Shown: positions 16,974 through 25,329, counted from the stretch's first letter. The stretch is DNA of 46,119 bases from an uncultured Pyrinomonadaceae bacterium (GCA_964245305.1 CAXTMQ010000001.1:33418-79536), one strand, 5' to 3'. Made by a program: numbers and translations. Notes: generated by a model not told the origin, from the sequence alone.

Positions 16974-17291
16974 TTAGGCGTTCATTCCCAATTCCGTTTT
17001 AAGAAACTCCTTTACGCCTTCCGCGCCTTTCAGCCGAAGCTGTAAGTTTTCGCCTTCGACCGCCATCTCAAAATTTAAGAACGGGCAGCACAATCGCTCG
17101 TAAGAGATGAACTCGGCGGCATCTTTGATTGTTTGCGGGTTTGCCGAAAAACGCACGGCGTAGCCGTCGGGCAATTCTTGAATTTCTTTTCCGGTCGCAA
17201 AAAGTCGTTTGGTCAAAACCGAGTAACGCGCTCTTTGCTCTTTGTCCATCGCCGAAGGATTGCAGGCGAAAACTGTTTCTTCTTTTTTCAT
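16974..17291 (-). CDS. small conserved hypothetical protein (ERLCCPFL motif)
   Basis: 105 aa. ATGA overlap with the sigma-factor stop implies co-translation. Confidence 0.6.
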   Translation of the reverse strand: MKKEETVFACNPSAMDKEQRARYSVLTKRLFATGKEIQELPDGYAVRFSANPQTIKDAAEFISYERLCCPFLNFEMAVEGENLQLRLKGAEGVKEFLKTELGMNA

Positions 17292-18184
17292 TTCAATTTA
17301 AACTCTTTTCCCGAAATCAAATCTTTCAATTTCTCCGGGTTCATCACTTGATACACGCGGCTGATTTTTTCATTTTCGATTTCAAAAACCGTCGCCGCGA
17401 AAATTTGTCCGAAAGCGGATGTAACCGCGCCCAATTCGCCGTTGATGAAATGGATTTCGGTCTCGAACAAAGCTGCGCCTTTTTTGCCGAGCTGAGCGTA
17501 AAGTCTGGCGATTTTGCGTCTGCCTTCAATCGTTTTACGCGCCGCGACGACCTTGCCGCCGCCGTCCGAAGTCAGCCGCGCGTCTTCGGCAAACAGTGTC
17601 AAAAGCGTCGCTTCGTCGCCCGCTTTGGTCGCTGCGATGAATTTTTCAATCAGCTTTTTTTTGTCCGAGTCGCTCGCGTCAAAACGCGGTTTGTCGCTTC
17701 GAATTCGCGTCCGAGCGCGATGAACGAGCTGGCGGCAAGCGGTTTCGTTTCTTCCGACGACGCGGGCGACTTCCGCGTATGAAACTTCAAAAACCTCGCG
17801 CAAAAGAAATGCCGCCCTTTCCGTCGGCGACAATCGTTCGAGCAGAGCCAAAAACGCCAGCGAAAGATTGTCGGCAAATTCCAACTGCTCTTCGGGCGTA
17901 TAAATTTTGTCTGTGAGCAGCGGTTCGGGCAGCCACGGTCCGACGTAACTTTCGCGCTCTTTCGCCAAGACGCGCAAACGGTCAATCGAAAGCCGCGTGG
18001 TAATTGTAACGAGCCACGCTTCGGGCGTTTCGATTTCATCGGCATCGGCTTTGTGCCAGCGCAGATACGCTTCCTGCACGATGTCTTCCGCGTCGGCTCT
18101 TGTGCCGAGCATTCGATACGCGATGCCGAACAACCTCTGCCGATGCCGCTTAAAAATTTCGACGCGAGTTTCGTCTTTAGTCAT
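17288..18184 (-). CDS. ECF sigma factor with fused C-terminal SnoaL/NTF2-like domain (SigJ/ECF41-like)
   Basis: Region 2: RLFGIAYRMLGTRADAEDIVQEAYLRW. Region 4: LSPTERAAFLLREVFEVSYAEVARVVGRNETACRQLVHRAR. About 110-aa C-terminal extension. The start MTKDETRV is placed from the track frame; the track ORF to 18514 is over-extended into the GNAT gene. Confidence 0.85.
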   Translation of the reverse strand: MTKDETRVEIFKRHRQRLFGIAYRMLGTRADAEDIVQEAYLRWHKADADEIETPEAWLVTITTRLSIDRLRVLAKERESYVGPWLPEPLLTDKIYTPEEQLEFADNLSLAFLALLERLSPTERAAFLLREVFEVSYAEVARVVGRNETACRQLVHRARTRIRSDKPRFDASDSDKKKLIEKFIAATKAGDEATLLTLFAEDARLTSDGGGKVVAARKTIEGRRKIARLYAQLGKKGAALFETEIHFINGELGAVTSAFGQIFAATVFEIENEKISRVYQVMNPEKLKDLISGKEFKLK

Positions 18185-18214
18185 TTTTAGAAAAACAATC
18201 CTCCGAAAAAGCGA

Positions 18215-18240
18215 AGACGCGCGAGAAGCGAATTTGTGAC
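18215..18240 (-). promoter_or_regulatory. ECF41-type promoter TGTCACA-N15-CGTC upstream of the sigma gene
   Basis: Minus strand: TGTCACAAATTCGCTTCTCGCGCGTCTTCGC, about 30 nt before the sigma ATG. Coordinates are +/-1 because my line count and the track disagree by 1 nt here. Confidence 0.65.
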
Positions 18241-18264
18241 AGAACAAATTTTCGCGCCGCCGTT

Positions 18265-18751
18265 TTATTCGGCAATGTTTAAGTTCAACTCCATAAAAAC
18301 CGTATTCGGGTCGGGATTGTAGCGATACGCCGAGATTTTCTCGAAGCCGAAAGACCGATACAATTTCTGCGCTCGTCGCATCACGGGCAAAGTATCGAGC
18401 CGCATCCGTTTGTATTCGAGTTTTCGCGCTCGTTCGATAATCGCGGCTATCAAATCTTTGCCGATGCCGCAGCCTTGAAATTGCGGTTTGACGTAAAGCC
18501 GTTTCATCTCGCACACATCCGTCTCTAATTTTCTAACACCGACACAGCCCGCAATTTGTTTATCGTATAACGCCAGCAGCAGCGAGCCGTCGGGCGCGGA
18601 ATAAATGGTTTCGAGATTCGTTAATATTGAAATTCTGGAAACACAAATCCACATTGAGCCACTCGGCATATTCCCGAAACAGCAATCCGGCTTGTTCAAA
18701 TTGTTCGGCGTTTCTCGCCGTTATGATTTCAGTTTTCGATTCGGCGTGCAT
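18265..18751 (-). pseudogene. GNAT family N-acetyltransferase, frameshifted
   Basis: The N-terminus MHAESKTEIITARNAEQFEQAGLLFREYAEWLNVDLCFQNF is in one frame (track ORF 18560..18751). The rest, LTNLETIYSAPDGSLLLALYDKQIAGCVGVRKL..CEMKRLYVKPQFQGCGIGKDL..RMRLDTL, is in another frame (18265..). The switch is near 18620-18640. Confidence 0.7.
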
Positions 18752-18753
18752 TT

Positions 18754-19245
18754 TTAATCGGCGGCTGCTGAAGATTTTTCAATCAAAATTTCGGGTTCGG
18801 CGCGAACCGGAAAATTAACGGAATTGGCGATGAAACAAAGTTCGTGCGCTTTGTGATGAAGTTCATTGGCTTTTGCCGGATCACTTTCTTTTGAAATCAC
18901 GACGCGCGGCTTTAATGTTACTTCCGTAAAATGCCCGCCGCCGTCCGCCGTTTCCGCCATTTTGCCCGTCGCGTCGTCCGAGTAATCAAGGACGACGATT
19001 TTAGCGACCGCGCATTGATGCAAATACGAAAGCATATGACACGCCGAAAGCGCGGCGACCAGCAATTCTTCAGGGTTGTAACGCGACGTATCACCTCGAA
19101 AATGCGGGTCTGATGAACCGACGATAACGGGCTTTCCTTCAATAGAAATTTCGTGCGCGCGGCTGTATCCGGTATAAGTTTTTGTTCCCGTTCCTTGATT
19201 TCCAGTCCACACAAGATTGGTTTGATAAATGTGTTCTTTCGACAT
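18754..19245 (-). CDS. OsmC/Ohr family peroxiredoxin-like protein
   Basis: LVWTGNQGTGT..YSRAHEI..NPEELLVAALSACHML. Confidence 0.85.
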   Translation of the reverse strand: MSKEHIYQTNLVWTGNQGTGTKTYTGYSRAHEISIEGKPVIVGSSDPHFRGDTSRYNPEELLVAALSACHMLSYLHQCAVAKIVVLDYSDDATGKMAETADGGGHFTEVTLKPRVVISKESDPAKANELHHKAHELCFIANSVNFPVRAEPEILIEKSSAAAD

Positions 19246-19292
19246 AATTTTTATAAATTCCTCCGTAAAAAAATAATTGATTTTTATATTGT

Positions 19293-20042
19293 TCAGGCTT
19301 CGGCGGCGATTTTTATATTTGTAGTTTTTGACGGATGCCGCTCGTTTTGAAACGACCTTGCCGCTTCGAGGTAAGCCGAAATGAGCGGATGCCGATTGCC
19401 GGAATGCGCCGAGCGTTCGGGCTGAAACAAAGTGGCGATGAAAAACGGGTGGCTCGTAAGCTCGACGACGCGCGGCTCGCCGCTCTCGTCCGCGCCCGTA
19501 ATTTTCATCTCGCCCGTTTCAAACAAAAATCGGTATTCTGGGTTGAAACCGAAATTGCAATGATACTGTTCGACGATTTCGTCTTTGCCGTAAATGCTTC
19601 GGATTCGGGAATTTTCGTTTAGTTTGATAACGTCTGTCGCTTCGACCAGCGAACAGGCGAGCTGCGTCATTACCGGCATCGTTGTTTCAGGGTTCGATTC
19701 CGTGTGGTCGGCTTTCGCAAATCCTAAAACATTTCGCGTATACTCGATAACGGCGTGCTGAAAACCGCCGCACGTTCCTAAAAACGGAACGCCTTTCTCG
19801 CGCGCCAGTCGAATCGCCGCAAGCGCGCCGTCCATACTTTTATATGGACTGGCGGGAACGCACCACAAAGCATCGAAATCAAAAAGCCGTTCGCTGTTTT
19901 CCAAAATATCGTCTGTCGCCAGCCAAGTGGTTTCGGCTTCGCAATTCGTTTTGCCCGCCGCCAGCGCGATTGCTTTCGGAATAGCGACGTGCGCCGTAAC
20001 TTGAGGCGAATAATCGCCAATCAACCCGATTCTAATCGTCAT
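19293..20042 (-). CDS. class I glutamine amidotransferase-like protein (stand-alone CTP-synthase GATase-like domain)
   Basis: GVPFLGTCGGFQHAVIEY (nucleophile-elbow Cys) and ATLFQPERS. ATGA overlap with the upstream gene. Confidence 0.75.
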   Translation of the reverse strand: MTIRIGLIGDYSPQVTAHVAIPKAIALAAGKTNCEAETTWLATDDILENSERLFDFDALWCVPASPYKSMDGALAAIRLAREKGVPFLGTCGGFQHAVIEYTRNVLGFAKADHTESNPETTMPVMTQLACSLVEATDVIKLNENSRIRSIYGKDEIVEQYHCNFGFNPEYRFLFETGEMKITGADESGEPRVVELTSHPFFIATLFQPERSAHSGNRHPLISAYLEAARSFQNERHPSKTTNIKIAAEA

Positions 20043-21082
20043 AATTTTGCATTGCCTTTTCTGTTGGTTTTAATCTGCGAATTTATAAATTTGGCACTAG
20101 TTTCTATCGCTTTCGCGGTTTCGTCTGCTAATTGTCCGACGATTTCTCCGGCTGACTGAACGCGCGAAACGCCGCCTGCGCTTTGCCCGGCGTAAAGCGC
20201 GAGGGCTTCTAAATCGCCCGTCATTCCCGGCAGTGGAATCACGTCGCTATAGCGAACGGCGGCGCGACCGTCGGCGAAATTCGCAATCGTTTCACCCTCG
20301 CCGGAACGCTTTCCCTCCAGCGGACAGCCTGCCGCTTCCCAATTTTCAACGGTGCTGTTTCGCAAAGTCCGATGCGGCGCGTTCTCCCAGCCAACGTCAA
20401 ATAAATTGGAATAAACCGTGTCGTCTTCACTCGCCTTGATTATCTTTTCTTTGTAAACGGAATGCACAGCGGCTTCTTCGCTCGCCAAAAATCTCGTGCC
20501 AATCCAAACTCCCGCTGCTCCGAGCGTCAAAGCCGCCGCGATGCCGCGACCATCGGAGATGCCGCCCGCCGCGATGACCGGCACGGGCGCAACCGCGTCA
20601 ACAACCGCCGGAACAAGCGGCAACGTCGCAACTTTGCCCCAGACGTGACCGCCCGCTTCCCAGCCCTGCGCGACAATCGCGTCCGCGCCCGATGCAACGG
20701 CTTTTTTAGCTTCAGAGGCAGTTGCGACTGTGTGAATTGCCAGCGCGCCGCTCGCGTGCGTTTTTCGGATATACTCTGTGGGTTCTCCCCAGAAAAACGA
20801 AACGATTTTTACGCCTTCGTCGAGGCAAACCTGCAAACGATCTTCCTGATTCCATTCCAAAACCAGATTCACGCCGAATGGACGATTCGTAATTTTCCGG
20901 GTTTCACGAATCATCTGCCGCATCTCGTCCGCGTTTTTCCAGCTCAAAGCCAGCATTCCAAGCCCGCCCGCATTGGACACAGCCGCCGCCAGAGCCGGAC
21001 AAGTCGCGCTGCCGATTGGAGCTTGAACGATTGGCAGTTCAATGCCGAGCAATTGGCAAAGAAAAGTTTGAACGAGGCGCAT
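20039..21082 (-). CDS. nitronate monooxygenase / NMO-family FMN oxidoreductase
   Basis: LGIELPIVQAPIGSATCPALAAAVSNAGGLGML and IAAGGISDGRGIAAALTLGAAGVWIGTRF. Internal start MRLVQTF at 21082. Confidence 0.85.
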   Translation of the reverse strand: MRLVQTFLCQLLGIELPIVQAPIGSATCPALAAAVSNAGGLGMLALSWKNADEMRQMIRETRKITNRPFGVNLVLEWNQEDRLQVCLDEGVKIVSFFWGEPTEYIRKTHASGALAIHTVATASEAKKAVASGADAIVAQGWEAGGHVWGKVATLPLVPAVVDAVAPVPVIAAGGISDGRGIAAALTLGAAGVWIGTRFLASEEAAVHSVYKEKIIKASEDDTVYSNLFDVGWENAPHRTLRNSTVENWEAAGCPLEGKRSGEGETIANFADGRAAVRYSDVIPLPGMTGDLEALALYAGQSAGGVSRVQSAGEIVGQLADETAKAIETSAKFINSQIKTNRKGNAKL

Positions 21083-21108
21083 TTTTATAATTTTTATACT
21101 GACTTGCG

Positions 21109-21366
21109 TTAAGCGGTTTGCGCCGCTGAAGCGCAACCTTCGGGCTTGTAAAATCTCTCGGTCGAAGCCGGGTATTTGGCGAGCCAATTCGCCGGTCTAA
21201 CCGGACGCGCCGTAAAATCGCCGCCGCAATTCGGGCAGACGGAATTTAATTTCGTTTCGACGCAATCGCGGCAAAACGTGCATTCGAGAGTGCAAATCAT
21301 CGCCTCTCTAGAAGAAGGCGGCAAATCCTTGTCGCAACATTCGCAGTTCGGTTTTAATTTCAACAT
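21109..21366 (-). CDS. DUF1272-type Cys-rich zinc-ribbon protein
   Basis: MLKLKPNCECCDKDLPP...CTFCRDC....CPNCGG. 85 aa. Confidence 0.75.
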   Translation of the reverse strand: MLKLKPNCECCDKDLPPSSREAMICTLECTFCRDCVETKLNSVCPNCGGDFTARPVRPANWLAKYPASTERFYKPEGCASAAQTA

Positions 21367-21546
21367 ATTGTTTTCTTATGGTTATGATTTTCAAAAATAT
21401 GCTTCACAATGTTCGGTAATTTAAGTTTTCCAGAGGCGCCAAATTATCGTTATCGTTAAGTATTTTAACCGGCAGCGGCATTATAACAATAGCCATTTTG
21501 AGTTTTTGCGGCTAGACCGGTTCGGAGAAAAAACTTTTCATTTTCT

Positions 21547-22260
21547 TTATTTTATCTTTTCAACGAATTCGAGTTTTGCGACCATCTCGCGGTTAAAATT
21601 TTGCGAGCGGCATAGTTCCAAGTTTCGCGCGGCTTCGGGCAATTTTCCGCCCGACATCGTCAAAGCCGTTTTAAATTGTTTTTCGGCATCGAGCCAGTCG
21701 CCGCCCATCGCCGAAATTACGCCGAGATTGTTGTGCGCCGTTGCCGCGTCAATGCTTTTATAGCGAATCGCTTTTTGGAAACCGACGACAGCGTTCGCCA
21801 AATCATTTTCCTCCAAATAAATCATCGCCAAGTCGAACCAGCTTTCGCCGTCGCGCTTATCGAGGCTCAGGGCGGATGTCAAAGCCAGTTTCCCCGCTTC
21901 CCGGTTTCCGAGTTCGGACCAGGCAATACCGAGCGCGTGAAACGCTTGTCCGTATTTGTTTTTGGCTAATTTAATTGCCGATTCCAGAAAGGCGACGGCA
22001 TCGCCGGCGCGTCCCGAACGATACAAGCAAACGCCGACGTTGTAATTGATTTTCGCCGCAAATTCATCTGATGATTCGCTCGCAAATTTGTATTTTTCGA
22101 GCGCGTTTTGAAAATCCTTCAAAGCCTGTTCAAAACGACCCTGAGCGGCGTTCGTCAAACCCTGCTCAAATCGCTGGTGCGCGATTTCGGCTTGAGCGAA
22201 AGCGTCGAGGTTGACGACAAAATAAGTAACAAAGACAATAAAAAACTCGCATAAAGGCAT
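21547..22260 (-). CDS. tetratricopeptide-repeat protein with N-terminal signal/anchor
   Basis: Repeated A..Y/F..G....A......A motifs through 237 aa. Confidence 0.75.
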   Translation of the reverse strand: MPLCEFFIVFVTYFVVNLDAFAQAEIAHQRFEQGLTNAAQGRFEQALKDFQNALEKYKFASESSDEFAAKINYNVGVCLYRSGRAGDAVAFLESAIKLAKNKYGQAFHALGIAWSELGNREAGKLALTSALSLDKRDGESWFDLAMIYLEENDLANAVVGFQKAIRYKSIDAATAHNNLGVISAMGGDWLDAEKQFKTALTMSGGKLPEAARNLELCRSQNFNREMVAKLEFVEKIK

Positions 22261-22366
22261 TCTCCCGTTTTGATTTCTTGAATCAAAATCAGTTTAGAAA
22301 ATGCCGGTATTGCAAGTCTTTTCTCTGCTTGCTTTTCGTTTGTTCTGAATGCTGAAATTGCGAAAT

Positions 22367-23239
22367 TTAACTGTGCTTGGCTTCGCGGAAGGCTTTCGGT
22401 GTCAGCGCGGTGAATTTGCGGAAGAGAGTCGTGAAATGGCTTTGGTTTTTGAAACCGGCTTGAATGCTGACTTCGACGAACGGCAGTTCGCCTTTGATAA
22501 GAAGCTCTTTGGCGCGATTGATGCGCTGCGCGACGAGATACTGCTGCGGCGTCAGTCCCGTTGAGCGGCGAAAGGCGCGGGCGAAATGAAATTGACTAAA
22601 ACCCACGGCTTCGGCAATCTCGGCGAGCGTTAAGTCTTCTTCCAAATTCTCATTAATATATTCTTTGGCGCGGCGCAGCCGATAACCGGACAGACCGCCG
22701 GTTGAATTTTCTTGATGAAAACCGGCGTCGGTGCTGTAGTTTTTCAGAAGATGTAGAATTAAAGTTTGCGCGAGCGATTCGGCATACATTCGCCCGACCG
22801 GTTCTTTGGCGTTCGCTTCCGTCAGCAGTGCCAGCCCGATATGTTGAACGAGCGGGTCGCACCGCTCGAAAGTTTCGACGAGTTCGAGATTGTCCGAAAA
22901 GTTTTGCTCTATCGTCGCCTGCGCGAAAAAAATCGGGTTGAGCGTTATCGAAAGACATTCGATTTCCGATTCCCAGACGGCTTTCGCCGATCCGCCTGCG
23001 GGAATCAGACAGACGCTGCCCGCTTCGTTGCGATTCTTTTGCCGCTCGCCCGCCGCCGTATATTTTTCGGTCGTCACCGAACCGGCGAGCGTCACGTTGA
23101 TTTCGTGCCGGACGCGCGTTTCTTCAACCAGCTCGCCCGCCAGCACGCGCCAGTGCCGAATATGAAAGCCCGTCCATTCGGCGCGGCGACTAAGCAGAAT
23201 CGGCGATTCGTTTGCAGAAGGTTTCCAGTTGACTTGCAT
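22367..23239 (-). CDS. AraC family transcriptional regulator
   Basis: C-terminal dual HTH: LTLAEIAEAVGFSQFHFARAFRRSTGLTPQQYL...VSIQAGFKNQSHFTTLFRKFTALTP. Confidence 0.9.
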   Translation of the reverse strand: MQVNWKPSANESPILLSRRAEWTGFHIRHWRVLAGELVEETRVRHEINVTLAGSVTTEKYTAAGERQKNRNEAGSVCLIPAGGSAKAVWESEIECLSITLNPIFFAQATIEQNFSDNLELVETFERCDPLVQHIGLALLTEANAKEPVGRMYAESLAQTLILHLLKNYSTDAGFHQENSTGGLSGYRLRRAKEYINENLEEDLTLAEIAEAVGFSQFHFARAFRRSTGLTPQQYLVAQRINRAKELLIKGELPFVEVSIQAGFKNQSHFTTLFRKFTALTPKAFREAKHS

Positions 23240-23394
23240 AAATTGTCCTTTATTGGCGAACGTAATAATTTTAATAAAAATCAGAAATACCGCAATATCC
23301 GTTTTTATAAATTGTCATCAGTCCGCTTTTTTGAAAGTATTATTTTCCGTCGCCCTTCGCAATTTTTTTCGTTAAATTAAAATTGAGTTGTTAT

Positions 23395-23409
23395 ATTCAT
23401 TGTATGAAT
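23395..23409. promoter_or_regulatory. palindrome ATTCAT-TGT-ATGAAT upstream of the cupin gene
   Basis: Perfect 6-3-6 palindrome 19 nt upstream of ATG 23428, in the AraC/cupin divergent spacer. Confidence 0.35.
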
Positions 23410-23427
23410 TTATAAGGGAGACCAAAT

Positions 23428-23898
23428 ATGTCCGAGTCCAAAACAGAGACGAATAACAAAGATGTCGGCAACTCACCGCAGCGAGATGGCGAGCAGTCAT
23501 TCGGCGCTCTATCGAGAAGCGATGCGGCGGCAACAAAAGAGGCGTATATGAACGAGCCGGTGCGCCACTCGGCTCTTGAAATTGTAGATTTGGCAGCCGA
23601 AAGCGCGGGCGGCGATGACGCATATCGCAATACGGTTATCTTTCAAGTGAACGACAGTTATTTGAGGCTCGCGGTTTTTAACGAAGAGTATCTGTGGCAT
23701 CATCACCCGGAATCCGATGAATTATTCGTCGTCGTTGACGGCTGTCTGGCGATTGATTTAGAGGACGGGCGCGAATTTCGCCTTTCGCCGTGGCAGAGCA
23801 TCACGATTCCGGCGGGCATCGTTCATCGCACGCGCGCCGTCGGGCGCACCGTGAACTTGTGTTTCGAGCAGGCGGCGGCGGAAACCGTCTTCATTTAA
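23428..23898 (+). CDS. cupin domain protein
   Basis: WHHHPESDELFVVVDGCLAIDL...ITIPAGIVHRTRA. AAGGGAG Shine-Dalgarno sequence upstream. Confidence 0.8.
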   Translation: MSESKTETNNKDVGNSPQRDGEQSFGALSRSDAAATKEAYMNEPVRHSALEIVDLAAESAGGDDAYRNTVIFQVNDSYLRLAVFNEEYLWHHHPESDELFVVVDGCLAIDLEDGREFRLSPWQSITIPAGIVHRTRAVGRTVNLCFEQAAAETVFI

Positions 23899-24037
23899 AG
23901 AATGTTATTGAACGCACGCGCTTTTTTTTCGCCTGAGAAGTCCGTTTAGAAATTCAAAGCAAAACTTCGGTTGAGCCGAACGCCGTATTAACCGTCGCTG
24001 AATAAATCCGCACTCAGATGATGTCGAAAAATGACTG

Positions 24038-24125
24038 GAACTGGTCTGATAAATACCTTTGGTTTCTTGGAAGCCGCATAAACACTCGCTCAAAATTCGG
24101 CGGCGGGTATTTATGAGACCAGTTC
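24038..24125. repeat. long inverted repeat (20-bp arms, 19/20 complementary, 48-nt spacer) between convergent genes
   Basis: GAACTGGTCTGATAAATACC (24038-24057) pairs with GGTATTTATGAGACCAGTTC (24106-24125). Confidence 0.7.
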
Positions 24126-24148
24126 TAATAAAAACGCCAAAATTCCAT

Positions 24149-24703
24149 TTATCGAAGCCGTTTCCACAAAACTTCGCCGCTGATGCCCGCGCCGTTGGTA
24201 GTTGTCGGCACGGTGTATTTGAATTCGTTGGCGGTTAATGTGAACGGGCGAATTTGTTCCGCGCCTTCCCAATTCGGGAAAAATGCGTGTTCGACATTGA
24301 AAGTGATGGTTTGGTCTTTGGCGTTAATGACGTATTTACCGAAATGCGAATTGCTGCCCAAAACGAGGGCTTTGTTTTCTTCGTCCGTGCCTTTGGTTTT
24401 GTCGTTTGAGATAAATTTCGGGCGAACGGCGCGCAAAATCTGAATAGCATAATTGCCCTTCTCGTCAAATGTTAAAATGCCTTGCGGGTTTTCGCCGTAA
24501 GGCTTTGTCCGCGTGCCGTCCGGCAAAATATTGTCCACCAAAATTAGAGACCAAGTTCCGATTAGCTGTTCGGAAATTCGCTTTTCGAGCGTGTTTTTCT
24601 TGATTGATTTTGCTCCGCCGACGGATTTTTGCGTATAGACTGCCTGAACGCAAATCAAAATGAAAAAGAGTAAAAATATTTTTCGCATTCGCTGCCTCCT
24701 CAA
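24149..24703 (-). CDS. lipocalin-like domain protein, secreted
   Basis: Signal peptide, then LIGTWSLILVDNILPDGTRTKPYGENPQGILTFDEKGNYAIQI. Confidence 0.75.
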   Translation of the reverse strand: MRRQRMRKIFLLFFILICVQAVYTQKSVGGAKSIKKNTLEKRISEQLIGTWSLILVDNILPDGTRTKPYGENPQGILTFDEKGNYAIQILRAVRPKFISNDKTKGTDEENKALVLGSNSHFGKYVINAKDQTITFNVEHAFFPNWEGAEQIRPFTLTANEFKYTVPTTTNGAGISGEVLWKRLR

Positions 24704-25257
24704 TAAATTCTGAAAATTTCGCCGCTTGAATTGCCTTCAATCGCTTGGCGATATGCTTCTGCAACGGCTTCGTCGGAAACGCTGCCGATTTTTGCCGGAC
24801 TGACCGCGTTGAGCCGTAATCCTCGGCGCAAATCAAGTGCCGCCGCTTTCGCAAAACTGTTTATTGCGCCGTTTACGAATGATTTTCCGGTTGCTCCTTT
24901 GGACGGCAAATCGCCCATTTTCCCCGATGTCAGTGTGAACGAACCGCCGTCATTCAGATACTTTTGCCCGATTAAAACGAGATTTATTTGTCCGAGTAGT
25001 TTTTGATTGATTCCGACTCTCAAATGTTCCTCGGTCAGATTTTGAAGGTCGGCGGTTTCCGAATCGCCCGCCGTGCAGACGCACGCATCCAAATTTTCCG
25101 CCTCACGAAACATTTTTTCGATTGATTCGGCGGAAGAAATGTCAACCCGAATCTCACCCGTGTTTCTGCCTGCGGTGATAACTTCGTGATTTTTCCGAAG
25201 TTCCGCAGTCGCTATTTTTCCGACAGTGCCGTTTGCGCCAATGATTAGAATTTTCAT
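24700..25257 (-). CDS. short-chain dehydrogenase/reductase (NAD(P)-binding Rossmann)
   Basis: MKILIIGANGTVGK and RLNAVSP. ATGA overlap with the lipocalin gene. Confidence 0.8.
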   Translation of the reverse strand: MKILIIGANGTVGKIATAELRKNHEVITAGRNTGEIRVDISSAESIEKMFREAENLDACVCTAGDSETADLQNLTEEHLRVGINQKLLGQINLVLIGQKYLNDGGSFTLTSGKMGDLPSKGATGKSFVNGAINSFAKAAALDLRRGLRLNAVSPAKIGSVSDEAVAEAYRQAIEGNSSGEIFRIY

Positions 25258-25268
25258 ACAGCAAAATC

Positions 25269-25298
25269 TTACAAGTATTATTCCGCGATTACTTGTAA
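25269..25298. promoter_or_regulatory. inverted repeat TTACAAGTA-N12-TACTTGTAA in the SDR/AraC divergent spacer
   Basis: Perfect 9-bp arms, 12 nt from the SDR ATG and about 30 nt from the AraC ATG. Confidence 0.45.
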
Positions 25299-25329
25299 TA
25301 ATTTGTGTTTATCTGGTAATTTTTTGAAT

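Noticed and set aside
19684-19700. A tRNA T-loop-like string, GGTTCGATTCC.
   Set aside because: It lies inside the well-supported GATase CDS. The flanking bases do not form a T-stem (CAGGG versus CCGTG), and no acceptor or anticodon arms can be drawn.
22268-22292. AT-rich inverted repeat TTTTGATT-tcttg-AATCAAAA between the AraC stop and the TPR gene start.
   Set aside because: The 8-bp A/T-only stem is weak and overlaps the TPR ribosome-binding region. It is too marginal to call as a terminator or operator.
23905-24093. 62-aa ORF on the minus strand in the cupin/lipocalin convergent spacer.
   Set aside because: It covers the left arm and loop of the 88-nt inverted-repeat element. It has no Shine-Dalgarno sequence and no family resemblance. 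It is more likely non-coding.
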